A DNA stretch of 64,000 nucleotides, taken from NCBI GenBank assembly GCA_937949785.1, contig CALEDH010000019.1, positions 398-64,397 of the forward strand, given 5' to 3'. The translations under genes and the position numbers were made by a program. The notes under the pieces were generated by a model. It was not told the origin of the DNA. It did not search any database and worked only from the letters and a program-made list of their open reading frames with translations. Positions 36,774 to 46,417 of the stretch are shown piece by piece (positions within the stretch are counted from its first letter, which is position 1; every line of letters begins with the position of its first letter). The DNA comes from an uncultured Sulfolobales archaeon. Its GTDB lineage: Archaea; Thermoproteota; Thermoprotei_A; Sulfolobales; NBVN01.

Positions 36774-36948
36774 AGACTGTTGGGAATTCGTTGATTTTCA
36801 CCCATTATAATCGAAGCTTATCAAGGCTTCCACCGCCAACAGCAGAGGACAGCACGTCAGGAGTTTACAGATGGTTTCCTCGGTTTTACTCCTACTTGAA
36901 CTTCTTCGGGATGCGGGTTGATGTTGTTAGGGGGTTTAATTAGTGAAC

Positions 36949-37992
36949 TTATGCCTCTAAGTTACTTTGACTCCATAGCTTTATGACTTCATCACTCACG
37001 TATACATCATTGAAGGTAACCACCTTACCGTCTTTCCTAAACATTTTAACTAGGTAGTCATGCCGTTCAATAACCTCACCGATTACTGATATGTTTATCC
37101 CAGCACTTCTTAACCTGCTGATCGCCTCATCCGCCTTACTGGTCGGTATGGTTGCTATGAGCGTGCCTGAGCTTAGAATTTTCAACGGGTCTAATCCTAA
37201 TGCGTTACAGAAAACTTCGGTTTCCCTAGCTACCGGTATTAATTCTTCGTAAATCACTATGGATTTGTTAGAGGCGTAGGCTACTTCTAATATACCTCCA
37301 AGCACACCCCCCTCTGTCGGGTCATGCATTGAGTTAGGAAGTCTATCCTCAGAAAGTATTAGGGCATCTCTAACCACGCTAATGTTTTTAATCATCCCAT
37401 ACACGTTACTAAGTAATCCCTCAGGAACACCTCTACTTAATAGTAAGTTCCTGAAGTCGGATGCCAAGATTAAAGTACCCTCAATCCCAGCAGTCTTAGT
37501 CATCAACACAACATCTCCGGGCCTGGCCCCACCACTCACTACATATCTGTCTGCGGAGGTTATGCCGATAGAAGTCATAGATATTAAAGGCCTTTTAATG
37601 CCTGGTGTGAACTCGCTATGCCCTCCAACGATCATGGCTTCGATTTCCTTAGCTGCTGAGTCCACCTGCTTGGTAATCCTATCTATTAATTCTACATCGG
37701 AGTTCTCAGGTAAGTATATGACTGGTAGTAACCACTGAGGCCTAGCCCCAGAAACAGCTATATCGTTCGAAGGTATATGAACTGCTAACCAACCTAAATA
37801 CTCAACAGCACCTGATATGGGATCGCTGTGAACTACTAAAACCTTACCATTACCTAAGTCTATTACCGCCGCATCCTCACCTAGTGAAGGACCTACTAAG
37901 ACATTAGGATCTATAACACCTACCCTGCTCAATACGTATTTATTCAACGTATCAGGACGGAGTTTTCCAAACGTCATTATATCTATAACCAC
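36949..37992 (-). CDS. AIR synthase-related (PurM/ThiL/HypE superfamily) protein
   Basis: GEDAAVIDLGNGKVLVVHSDP N-domain motif and a PurM-like C domain. It lacks the HypE C-terminal Cys motif. Confidence 0.6.
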   Translation of the reverse strand: MVIDIMTFGKLRPDTLNKYVLSRVGVIDPNVLVGPSLGEDAAVIDLGNGKVLVVHSDPISGAVEYLGWLAVHIPSNDIAVSGARPQWLLPVIYLPENSDVELIDRITKQVDSAAKEIEAMIVGGHSEFTPGIKRPLISMTSIGITSADRYVVSGGARPGDVVLMTKTAGIEGTLILASDFRNLLLSRGVPEGLLSNVYGMIKNISVVRDALILSEDRLPNSMHDPTEGGVLGGILEVAYASNKSIVIYEELIPVARETEVFCNALGLDPLKILSSGTLIATIPTSKADEAISRLRSAGINISVIGEVIERHDYLVKMFRKDGKVVTFNDVYVSDEVIKLWSQSNLEA

Positions 37993-38124
37993 TATCTTAC
38001 TTCACTAATAGGTAAATTAAGTATTCTTCTTCCATATTAATTATTCTAACTTAATATATGTAATATTAAACTTATTATATGTAATATTTATAAACGTCAC
38101 AGCACTATATACTATGGTGACTGT

Positions 38125-38832
38125 ATGGGTATAGAGGAAATCAATAAGAAGTTAGATGAGTTAATCAAGTATGCTGAGGGCGAGTTTAAGAGAATAAGCG
38201 ATGAGTTAGAAAGCGTTATTGACGAGGCTAAGATGAAGGAGGATAGAGCAGCGGTCAAAGAATCCATATGGAGGTTAAGGGGGGAGATTAGGGAGCTTAT
38301 TCGAAATTTAAGGGTTCAGCTAAGGAGTGTTAGGAGGAGTTCTAAGGAACTTTCGAAGGATGCTAGGGAGTTAATCGCTGAGAGGGTTGAGGATATTGAA
38401 GATGAAATTGAGGATATGGTTGACGAGCTATTAGAGAAGTTAGATGAGGTTAGAGAGAGCTTTAGGGGCGGTGGGGGCGGACCTCCATTATTAGTCCCTC
38501 CCCTATCTGACATATTTAAGGTTACCGCCACAACTTTAAGTAGTTTATCTAAGGCTTTATCAGAAGCCTTTAGTGAGGTTAGAGCTGAGGTTGAGAGGAG
38601 TATGACTAAGGACACATCAACTGTGGTATCTGTTAGGGTTTCAGACGCCGATTTAAAGGTCATTGACTTACTAGTAAATGCTGGAGTATTTAAGAGTAGG
38701 TCTGAAGCACTTTCATTCTTCATTAAGAAAGGTATTAAAGCTAGTGAGGACCTACTTAAGAAGATTAGGGAGAGGATTGAAGAACTATCTAGGCTGGTAA
38801 ACGAGTTAGGGAGTGAGGTTGGTAAATCTTAA
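38125..38832 (+). CDS. coiled-coil protein with C-terminal ribbon-helix-helix (CopG-like) DNA-binding domain
   Basis: About 110 aa of charged helical repeats are followed by a GGGGGPP linker. Then comes VVSVRVSDADLKVIDLLVNAGVFKSRSEALSFFIKKGI, a classic RHH pattern. Confidence 0.6.
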   Translation: MGIEEINKKLDELIKYAEGEFKRISDELESVIDEAKMKEDRAAVKESIWRLRGEIRELIRNLRVQLRSVRRSSKELSKDARELIAERVEDIEDEIEDMVDELLEKLDEVRESFRGGGGGPPLLVPPLSDIFKVTATTLSSLSKALSEAFSEVRAEVERSMTKDTSTVVSVRVSDADLKVIDLLVNAGVFKSRSEALSFFIKKGIKASEDLLKKIRERIEELSRLVNELGSEVGKS

Positions 38833-39368
38833 AAATCAAGACCCTTAACATTTATATAACCCTTCTTAAAATAATGTCTTTCTTCATGGCAGTTAGTAAT
38901 TAAATCTGCTATGTCTCTTAAGTATTTAGGTACGTACCTACCAGTCACTATAGCATGTAGTTCAGGATTGCCTGCAAAGTTGTTTAATATGTTTAAGGTT
39001 AGGTCTGCTGGGATTAAGCCAACATGTAGTGCAAGACCTAATTCATCAAATACTATGATGTTAGGTCTGAATTCCTCAACGATTTTAGGATATTCGTAGA
39101 GTAGGAAGCCTAAGCTCTTAGCAGTTACTACTGAAGCAACTTCATCGCCCAGATCGTCTAGATTTATGAATTTCTCAGTCCCTAAGCAAAACCACTTTAC
39201 GTCTAACTTACATCTAATTAATTTCTTATAAAGCTTATACTCACCGCTATTACTAGACTTCATAAATTGAATTACTACGGCCTTCCCACCATGCCCTAAA
39301 AACCTGAATACTGTTCCTAACGCAGCCGTCGTTTTCCCCTTACCTTTACCGTAGAATATTAGGAGCAA
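38829..39368 (-). CDS. cob(I)yrinic acid a,c-diamide adenosyltransferase (CobA/CobO/BtuR type)
   Basis: GKGKGKTTAALGTVFRFLGHGGKAVVIQFMK P-loop, and DELGLAL...VTGR...ADLIT...H...G C-terminal pattern. Confidence 0.75.
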   Translation of the reverse strand: MLLIFYGKGKGKTTAALGTVFRFLGHGGKAVVIQFMKSSNSGEYKLYKKLIRCKLDVKWFCLGTEKFINLDDLGDEVASVVTAKSLGFLLYEYPKIVEEFRPNIIVFDELGLALHVGLIPADLTLNILNNFAGNPELHAIVTGRYVPKYLRDIADLITNCHEERHYFKKGYINVKGLDF

Positions 39369-39375
39369 ATTACCA

Positions 39376-39591
39376 CTACTCTAAACCAACTCTCTTACTG
39401 AAGTCGAAGACCGTCAGGCTAACCACCCTATGAGCCTTAATCCTCACAACTACGTTGCTTTCAGTAAGTAACGATTCGTCAGCGTCTTCAACATCGTAGC
39501 CGAAGTTTATGTAGAGGATGTCGTTCTGCCTATCATATTCGAACCAGATATTCTGTAGGTCACCTACCTTTAACTCATCATTACTCTCCAC
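39376..39591 (-). CDS. DUF2283-like small protein
   Basis: YDRQNDILYINFG motif. 71 aa. Confidence 0.5.
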   Translation of the reverse strand: MESNDELKVGDLQNIWFEYDRQNDILYINFGYDVEDADESLLTESNVVVRIKAHRVVSLTVFDFSKRVGLE

Positions 39592-39658
39592 TTACATCCC
39601 CTAAAAATTAATAAGCGAAAACTTTAAAAGGAAGTAGATAGTTTATCTTATTTGTACG

Positions 39659-39790
39659 GTGGTCTGTATTGCCAAGTCGATATTAATGCTATGTGAGAAT
39701 GAATGTATAGATCTATGCTACGATAGGGGCGAAGAAGAATTCTACACATGTTCTGACGAATGTTTAAGGTTATGTGTTGAAAAGTTCTAA
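39659..39790 (+). CDS. candidate Cys-rich micro-protein (43 aa from GTG 39659; 34 aa from ATG 39686)
   Basis: My own translation gives (M)VCIAKSILMLCENECIDLCYDRGEEEFYTCSDECLRLCVEKF. A CTTTAAAA box lies about 30 nt upstream. It shares the C-x3-C-I-D and E-C-x3-C-V motifs with the micro-ORF at 34126-34242. Confidence 0.35.
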   Translation: MVCIAKSILMLCENECIDLCYDRGEEEFYTCSDECLRLCVEKF

Positions 39791-39833
39791 CAAAGTTCTA
39801 CATTTTAAACCATTTAATGCTGTATTTTAATAA

Positions 39834-41081
39834 TTAAGTACCTAATTCCCAACTACTTAAATACTTTATCTGCTCCTCAGTTAACACATCTATTGATATT
39901 CCCATACTCCTCAACTTTAGCTTAGCAATCAATTCGTCAATCTCATCAGGTAGCTTATACACGGAGTTAAGTAGTTTACTACGCTTCTCAACTAGGTATT
40001 TTATTGCGTATGCCTGGTTTGAGAAGCTTAGGTCCATGACCTCGCTCGGATGTCCTTCAGCAGCCACTAGGTTAACTAACCTTCCCTCAGCTAGTAGGTA
40101 GACTCTCTTACCGTTATTTAATACGTACTCAACTAAGTTGTCTCTGATGACTCTTCGTTGTTCAGCAACGTTCTCTAAGGCATTAACATCTATTTCTACG
40201 TTGAAGTGGCCAGCATTAGCTAAGATTGCACCATCCTTCATCTTAGCAATATGTTCCTCTCTAATTACGTTGGTATTACCGGTCGCCGTTATGAAGAGAT
40301 CACCGACCTCACATGCCCTATCCATAGGCATTACCTCAAAGCCTTCCATCACTGCTTCTAAGGCCCTCACAGCATTTACCTCCGTTATTATAACTCTAGC
40401 ACCTAACCCCCTTAACCTACTGGCTATTCCCTTCCCAACCCACCCATAACCAGCGATAACAGCTACTTTACCGGCAATTAATACATTCGTAGCCCTTAAT
40501 ATTCCGTCAACAGTTGACTGCCCGGTACCGTATCTATTATCAAATAGGTATTTAGTGTAAGAGTCATTTACAGCTATTACTGGGTATTTCAACCTCCCAC
40601 CCCTCTCTAAGACTCTAAGCCTATAGACACCGGTTGTAGTTTCCTCTGTACCGCCATATACACTAGATGTTAAACCCTTAGAATGTATGTATGCGTGTAG
40701 GTCAGCCCCGTCGTCAACTATTATTTGAGGGCCTATCTCAGAAACCCTCTCAATACACCAGTAGTACTCCTCACTCGTCTCACCTCTCCAAGCATATACA
40801 TGCACGCCTTCCTCCACTAAGGCCGCAGCTACATCATCCTGAGTCGATAGGGGATTGCTACCAGCAAGCCATACATCAGCACCACCCTCAATTAACGTCT
40901 TAACTAAAACAGCTGTTTCCTTAGTTACGTGGAGGACAGCTGAGATCTTAACGCCGCTGAGAGGCTTACCCTTAGAGAACTCATCCTTAATAAGCTTAAG
41001 TACTGGCATACGCGTCTCAGCCCACCTAATCTGGGTCCTACCACTAGGGCTCAGACTTAAATCCTTAACCTTGAAGTCCAT
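39834..41081 (-). CDS. ahcY: S-adenosyl-L-homocysteine hydrolase
   Basis: DDGADL, NAD-binding [19 protein letters not shown] and EGRLVNL motifs. 415 aa. Confidence 0.92.
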   Translation of the reverse strand: MDFKVKDLSLSPSGRTQIRWAETRMPVLKLIKDEFSKGKPLSGVKISAVLHVTKETAVLVKTLIEGGADVWLAGSNPLSTQDDVAAALVEEGVHVYAWRGETSEEYYWCIERVSEIGPQIIVDDGADLHAYIHSKGLTSSVYGGTEETTTGVYRLRVLERGGRLKYPVIAVNDSYTKYLFDNRYGTGQSTVDGILRATNVLIAGKVAVIAGYGWVGKGIASRLRGLGARVIITEVNAVRALEAVMEGFEVMPMDRACEVGDLFITATGNTNVIREEHIAKMKDGAILANAGHFNVEIDVNALENVAEQRRVIRDNLVEYVLNNGKRVYLLAEGRLVNLVAAEGHPSEVMDLSFSNQAYAIKYLVEKRSKLLNSVYKLPDEIDELIAKLKLRSMGISIDVLTEEQIKYLSSWELGT

Positions 41082-41205
41082 CTAAACCACATTAAATGAC
41101 TTAAAAAGTAAGCTTATAAGTTAAGTATGTGAGGGAAATAACTTAGGATTATAAGTAAAAATTATTAAGGGCTTAATGCTTACTAATCTACTAGGTATGT
41201 AAATT

Positions 41206-43065
41206 ATGTTACACGGTTATTCGTCTAGGATACTTAAGGTCAACCTAACTACTTGTAGTGTTGTTAGAGAGGAACTTCCCGAGCAGTACCTTAAAGATTA
41301 TATAGGGGGTTTAGGTTTAGGTGCTAGACTATATTATGACTTAGTACCGCCATACGTAGAACCTTTAAGCCCTGAGAACGCTGTCCTCTTAATGACGGGA
41401 CCTATCCAGGGAACATTAATCCCGGGCTCTGGTAGAGGGTTATTCATATCTAAATCACCGCTTACTAATAGGTTCTTCAGCTCTAACTTCGGCGGTTACC
41501 TAACTAGGGAGTTGAAGAGAGCTGGATATGACGGCATAGTAATAACTGGTAAGTCCGATAAACCACTTCTCCTAGTAGTAGATGATGATAATGTAGAGAT
41601 TAGAGATGCGTCTAAGCTATGGGGTATGAATACGTATGAAGTTCAGAATGAGATTAAAGAAATGCTTGGTGATAAGAGGTTTCAGGTAGCCTGCATAGGG
41701 CCTGCTGGGGAGAACCTAGTTAGGATAACAGCTATAATTCATGATATACATGCAGCTGGGCGTGGAGGTATAGCAGCTGTACTAGGTTATAAGAAGTTAA
41801 AAGCTATAGCTGTACGTGGTAGTAAGGAGGTAGAAGTAGCATATCCTGATGAGGTCCTAGAGTTCTTTAAGGAGATTTCTAAGAAGGCTAGAAATCACCC
41901 ATTCCTAGTTAAGTATGGAACTCCAGCAGTTATGGAGACCGTTAATAAGTTAGGTGGTTTAGGAACTAGGAATTGGCAGACTGAGGTATTTGAAGGCGCT
42001 AGTAAGATAAGCGGTCAGACAACAATACCTAAGTATAAGGTTAAAGACCTTGCCTGTTCTTCATGCTCGATCGGTTGCGTTAAGGTTCAAGAGGTAAGGG
42101 AGGGTAAGTATGCAGGTATTTGGGCTAAAGGCCCTGAGTATGAGACCCTCTACGCCTTAGGTTCGTTAACAGGTGTTGATGATTTCCCAAGCATAGTTGT
42201 AGCTGCTAGGAATTGCGATGAGTTAGGTCTTGACACAATATCAACTGGTGTTGTGATAGCGTTTGCTATGGAGGCTTGCGAGAGAGGAATACTAACTAAG
42301 GAGGAATGTGATGGGTTAGAAATTAACTTCGGGAATGGGAATACGTTAGTAGAGTTAGTTAGGAGGGTAGGGTATAGGAAGGGTTGGTTAGGTAACTTGC
42401 TTGCTGAAGGTGTTGATAGGGCAGCTAAGGTCATTGGATGCGGTTCTCAGTTCTTTGCTATGCACTTTAAGGGGTTAGAATTAGCTGGTCACTCACCTAG
42501 AGCTGTTAAGGCATGGACTCTAGGTTACTCAGTAGGTTGGAGAGGTGGTTCACACCACGATGCAAGACCGCATGATATAGAATATGCGAATCCGGTTGAG
42601 GTCAGGGCCTTCTCAATAGAGGGGAAGCCCGAGCTAATACGTGATACTACTTTAAGGGTGATGGTAGAGGAAAGCTTAATATCATGTAGGTTCTACGGGG
42701 GCTACTATGGTGTGAGACTACCGACTGAAGTTCACAGTAAGATAATTAAGATGGTTACTGGATGGGAACCAACCGTTAACGAACTCACCATAACTGCTGA
42801 GAGGATTAGAAACTTAATTAGAGTCTTAGAGGTTAGGGAGGGATTTGACAGCGTAGCTGATAGTAACCCACCACTAAGAGTTCTATACGAACCAATACCT
42901 GAAGGGCCTTCGAGAGGAGCCCGCACAGACCCCAGAGAGTTTAAGCTGATGTTAAGGAGTTTCTATGAACTTATGGGTTGGGATGTTAGGACCGGTGTCC
43001 CTAAGGAGGAAAAGCTTAGAGAGCTTGGACTGGACTTTGCGATAGGTTATTGCAGGAGGGTGTGA
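41206..43065 (+). CDS. aldehyde:ferredoxin oxidoreductase family tungstoenzyme (second paralogue)
   Basis: GGLGLGARLYY, IGPAGENLVRI, and the CSSCSIGC [4Fe-4S]-ligand region. 619 aa. Confidence 0.85.
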   Translation: MLHGYSSRILKVNLTTCSVVREELPEQYLKDYIGGLGLGARLYYDLVPPYVEPLSPENAVLLMTGPIQGTLIPGSGRGLFISKSPLTNRFFSSNFGGYLTRELKRAGYDGIVITGKSDKPLLLVVDDDNVEIRDASKLWGMNTYEVQNEIKEMLGDKRFQVACIGPAGENLVRITAIIHDIHAAGRGGIAAVLGYKKLKAIAVRGSKEVEVAYPDEVLEFFKEISKKARNHPFLVKYGTPAVMETVNKLGGLGTRNWQTEVFEGASKISGQTTIPKYKVKDLACSSCSIGCVKVQEVREGKYAGIWAKGPEYETLYALGSLTGVDDFPSIVVAARNCDELGLDTISTGVVIAFAMEACERGILTKEECDGLEINFGNGNTLVELVRRVGYRKGWLGNLLAEGVDRAAKVIGCGSQFFAMHFKGLELAGHSPRAVKAWTLGYSVGWRGGSHHDARPHDIEYANPVEVRAFSIEGKPELIRDTTLRVMVEESLISCRFYGGYYGVRLPTEVHSKIIKMVTGWEPTVNELTITAERIRNLIRVLEVREGFDSVADSNPPLRVLYEPIPEGPSRGARTDPREFKLMLRSFYELMGWDVRTGVPKEEKLRELGLDFAIGYCRRV

Positions 43066-43353
43066 ATGCCTAAGGTAGTTGTTGAGTACATGCTTAGGTT
43101 TAGAGATTTAACAGGTAAGGATAAGGATGAAGTTACGTTAAGTGGTAGATGTACTGTTAAAGATCTTATTAACGTACTGCAGGAAATATACGGTGAGGAT
43201 TTTAAGCGTGAGTTCTACAACCCCAGCGGTGATGAGATAGGTGGTAACGTACTCGTAATAGTGAACGATAAAGTGCTAACTAATAAGGATTTAGATATGA
43301 AGTTAGTTGACGGTGATGTAGTAACTCTGACCTACGTGGTTTTTGGTGGATGA
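43066..43353 (+). CDS. MoaD/ThiS-like ubiquitin-fold protein ending in GG
   Basis: 95 aa ending ...DGDVVTLTYVVFGG-stop. It starts 1 nt after the AOR stop. Confidence 0.7.
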   Translation: MPKVVVEYMLRFRDLTGKDKDEVTLSGRCTVKDLINVLQEIYGEDFKREFYNPSGDEIGGNVLVIVNDKVLTNKDLDMKLVDGDVVTLTYVVFGG

Positions 43354-43359
43354 AATCCC

Positions 43360-45228
43360 TTGTGCGGTATTATAGGTATAGTGCTTCGGGAAAGGGGTCT
43401 GCTGTTAAAACCTCTCGGAACGGCGATTAAGGAATGCCTTAAAAACTTAGAGTATAGAGGTTATGACTCAGTAGGTTTTGCTATACTGTCTAATGATGGC
43501 TTAGTTATTAGGAAGAGTAAGGGGAAGATAGATGATGTAACTTCTAAGCTATCTTTCGATGAGTCTGATGGTGTGTGCGGCATAGGTCATACTAGGTGGG
43601 CTACGCATGGAAAGCCCAGCGATGTTAACGCCCATCCACATATAGATTGTAGTGGGAGGATAGCTGTAGTACATAATGGCGTCATCGAGAACTACCTTGA
43701 GGTAAGGGAGGTGTTAGTTGGAAGAGGACATGAGTTTAAGAGTGAGACGGATACTGAAGTAGTGGCCCATCTAATAGAAGAGTATAAGAAGTTAGGTTTG
43801 AAGCCGTATGAGGCGTTTAAGAAGGCTGTATCTCTTCTGAGGGGTTCCTACGCATTATCGGTGTTAGACTTAGATGAGCCGAGTAAGATCTTCTTTGCGC
43901 GGAATACCTCACCATTAGTCATTGGGATAGGTGAAGGTGTTAAGTTCATTTCTAGCGACATACCAGCGTTCCTAGATTATAGTAGGGATGTAATTGTAGT
44001 GCAAGACTATGAGGTTGGTTACATATCTAGGGATGTAGTGGTTATTGAGAAGTTGATGGATAGGAATTACGAATTCGATACTAACCCGCCAGGTACTGAG
44101 TTAGTCGACCACTCCTCTAGGGTTAGGCATATTGATTGGACTCCTGAGATGGCTAGGAAAGGTGGTTACCCACACTTCATGCTTAAGGAGATCCACGAAC
44201 AACCGCAGGCTGTAACTAATACGCTTATCTCCGTACCGGAAGAGTTAGAGGAAACCACTAAGCTGGTTTCAAAGGCTGATAGAGTGTTAGTAGTTGGTTC
44301 TGGTACTAGCTATCACGCATCTCTTATCGGGGGTTTATTACTTAACGATATAGCCGGCATTAAAGCTCATGCCGTGATCTCATCTGAGATGAAGTGGTTT
44401 ATAAATAGTGTTGATGAGGGGGATGTGGTTATTGCTGTAAGCCAGTCAGGTGAGACGATAGACACGCTTCTCGCACTTCGTGAGGCGAAGAGGAGAGGTG
44501 CTTTAACTATAGCGTTGACGAACATCATTGATAGCGCCTTAGCAAGAGAATCCCACCTAACGATATATACTAGGGCAGGACCTGAGATAGGTGTGGCTGC
44601 GACTAAGACGTTTGCAGCTCAAGTAGTTACCCTAACATATATGGCTATTAAATTAGCTGAGAGGTTAAGGACAGCTCCTGAGGGTAGGGTATCTGATTTG
44701 AAGTCGTGGTTACGGGAACTACCTAATATAATGTCGGCAGCGATATCGATTAGTGAGTCTAAGGTTAGAGCGCTTTCAGGTGTTACCACCATTTGGCGAA
44801 GCATTTACTACTTAGGTAGGGGTTTAGGACTACCAACATCTATGGAAGGCGCCTTAAAACTTAAAGAAGTTGCATATATCCATGCTGAGGCATACCCTGC
44901 CGGGGAGAGTAAGCATGGACCGATAGCGTTAGTCGATGATGGTTTCCCAGTAGCCTTTACTATCTTAGGCGGTGAGGTAGACCTAATACTCAGCAATGTT
45001 GAGGAGATGCGTGCTAGAGGTGCTTGGACGTTGGCTGTGATGCCTAAAGGACTTGAAAGAATATCCAGGTACTTTAACTACATATTTGAGTTACACCACC
45101 TTCCCTACGAATTAACACCGGCAGTGTATATAATACCATACCAGCTGATGGCCTACTACGCAGCAGTAGCTAGGGGGTATGACCCAGATAAGCCTAGAAA
45201 CCTAGCTAAGACGGTCACCGTGGTGTAG
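43360..45228 (+). CDS. glmS: glutamine--fructose-6-phosphate aminotransferase
   Basis: N-terminal (M)CGIIG Ntn amidotransferase domain and two SIS domains (GSGTSYHA, SQSGETIDT). 622 aa. Confidence 0.92.
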   Translation: MCGIIGIVLRERGLLLKPLGTAIKECLKNLEYRGYDSVGFAILSNDGLVIRKSKGKIDDVTSKLSFDESDGVCGIGHTRWATHGKPSDVNAHPHIDCSGRIAVVHNGVIENYLEVREVLVGRGHEFKSETDTEVVAHLIEEYKKLGLKPYEAFKKAVSLLRGSYALSVLDLDEPSKIFFARNTSPLVIGIGEGVKFISSDIPAFLDYSRDVIVVQDYEVGYISRDVVVIEKLMDRNYEFDTNPPGTELVDHSSRVRHIDWTPEMARKGGYPHFMLKEIHEQPQAVTNTLISVPEELEETTKLVSKADRVLVVGSGTSYHASLIGGLLLNDIAGIKAHAVISSEMKWFINSVDEGDVVIAVSQSGETIDTLLALREAKRRGALTIALTNIIDSALARESHLTIYTRAGPEIGVAATKTFAAQVVTLTYMAIKLAERLRTAPEGRVSDLKSWLRELPNIMSAAISISESKVRALSGVTTIWRSIYYLGRGLGLPTSMEGALKLKEVAYIHAEAYPAGESKHGPIALVDDGFPVAFTILGGEVDLILSNVEEMRARGAWTLAVMPKGLERISRYFNYIFELHHLPYELTPAVYIIPYQLMAYYAAVARGYDPDKPRNLAKTVTVV

Positions 45229-45236
45229 GTGATGCT

Positions 45237-46388
45237 ATGGAACGAGCTGTAATATTAGTAGGCGGTGTGGGGAGTGGGATTAGACCTATAAGTGGTGGGA
45301 TGCCTAAAGCACTACTCAAAGTAGCTGGTAAGTCAGTAGTTGAGAGGATTATTGAGAACTTACTAATATGTGGTTTGAAGGAAGTTATATTGGTTTCAGA
45401 CCAACCCACATTATTTGAAGATATAACTGTTAAGTACGGCCGCATCATCGACGTACAGATCGTTAAGCAGGTAGGTAGCGGTATTAGAGATGCGATACTA
45501 TCAGCTAAAGACATGATTAATAAAGCCTCCCTACTAATCTACGGTGATACCTTAATTCCGTATGACGCCTATAAAATGGTCATAGATGCCTACATAACTT
45601 ACGGTAAGCCGACTATCATGGTAGTGCCTGAGGAGGATGTTAAGCTTTACGGTGCAGTAATGATTGGTGATGAAAATAGGGTAAGTAACTTCGTAGAGAA
45701 GCCTAATACTAATATAGAGGGTGCATACGCTTACGGTGGTATAGCGGTACTCGACGAGGAATTAGTTGAGACCTTAGAGGAATTCTCAAAAGTTGATGAG
45801 GCAATTAATAAGTATATAAGTAAGAAGGTGTTAAAGGCAGCTATCTGGAGTGGTTGGTGGGTTGATATAGGCTTTCCGTGGGACTTACTTAAAGCTAATT
45901 ACTACATATTAAATGAGTTAGATAGCATTAAGATCTCCTCCAAAGCATCTATAGCGCCGACAGCAATAATTAGAGGCCCTCTGATAATAGAAGATGATGT
46001 GGTAGTAGACCATTACGCAGTTCTTGAAGGTCCGTTATTCATAGGTCGCGGCTCAGAAGTAAATGCTTACTCACTGATAGGTAAGTACAGCTCCTTAGAG
46101 GAGATGACGTACATTGACACCCATACAGAAGTATTTTGGAGTTCTACCCAACCTAAAGCTGTAGTTGGGAGGGGCTCCCATATCTACTTAACAGTAATAG
46201 GTAATGAGGCAGTAGTTGAGGGAGGTGTGATGACAGCTGCAGACATAAGGAAGGATTTAATATTAAAAACAGTGGTTGGTAAGAAGCTGACGTTAAGTAA
46301 AGAATTACTAAATATTCTTGAATTAAGTCCCTTCATAGAGAGTAGAGCCAGAGTTAAGGCAGGAACTGTGATGAGGTTAAAACCTTAA
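45237..46388 (+). CDS. bifunctional sugar-1-phosphate nucleotidyltransferase / left-handed beta-helix acyltransferase (GlmU-like)
   Basis: N-terminal NTP-transferase fold (ILVGGVGSGIRPIS...PKALL) and a C-terminal hexapeptide-repeat region. It is adjacent to glmS. Confidence 0.7.
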   Translation: MERAVILVGGVGSGIRPISGGMPKALLKVAGKSVVERIIENLLICGLKEVILVSDQPTLFEDITVKYGRIIDVQIVKQVGSGIRDAILSAKDMINKASLLIYGDTLIPYDAYKMVIDAYITYGKPTIMVVPEEDVKLYGAVMIGDENRVSNFVEKPNTNIEGAYAYGGIAVLDEELVETLEEFSKVDEAINKYISKKVLKAAIWSGWWVDIGFPWDLLKANYYILNELDSIKISSKASIAPTAIIRGPLIIEDDVVVDHYAVLEGPLFIGRGSEVNAYSLIGKYSSLEEMTYIDTHTEVFWSSTQPKAVVGRGSHIYLTVIGNEAVVEGGVMTAADIRKDLILKTVVGKKLTLSKELLNILELSPFIESRARVKAGTVMRLKP

Positions 46389-46417
46389 ATCATTGAGTGG
46401 TGGCCCCCATTGGCGCT

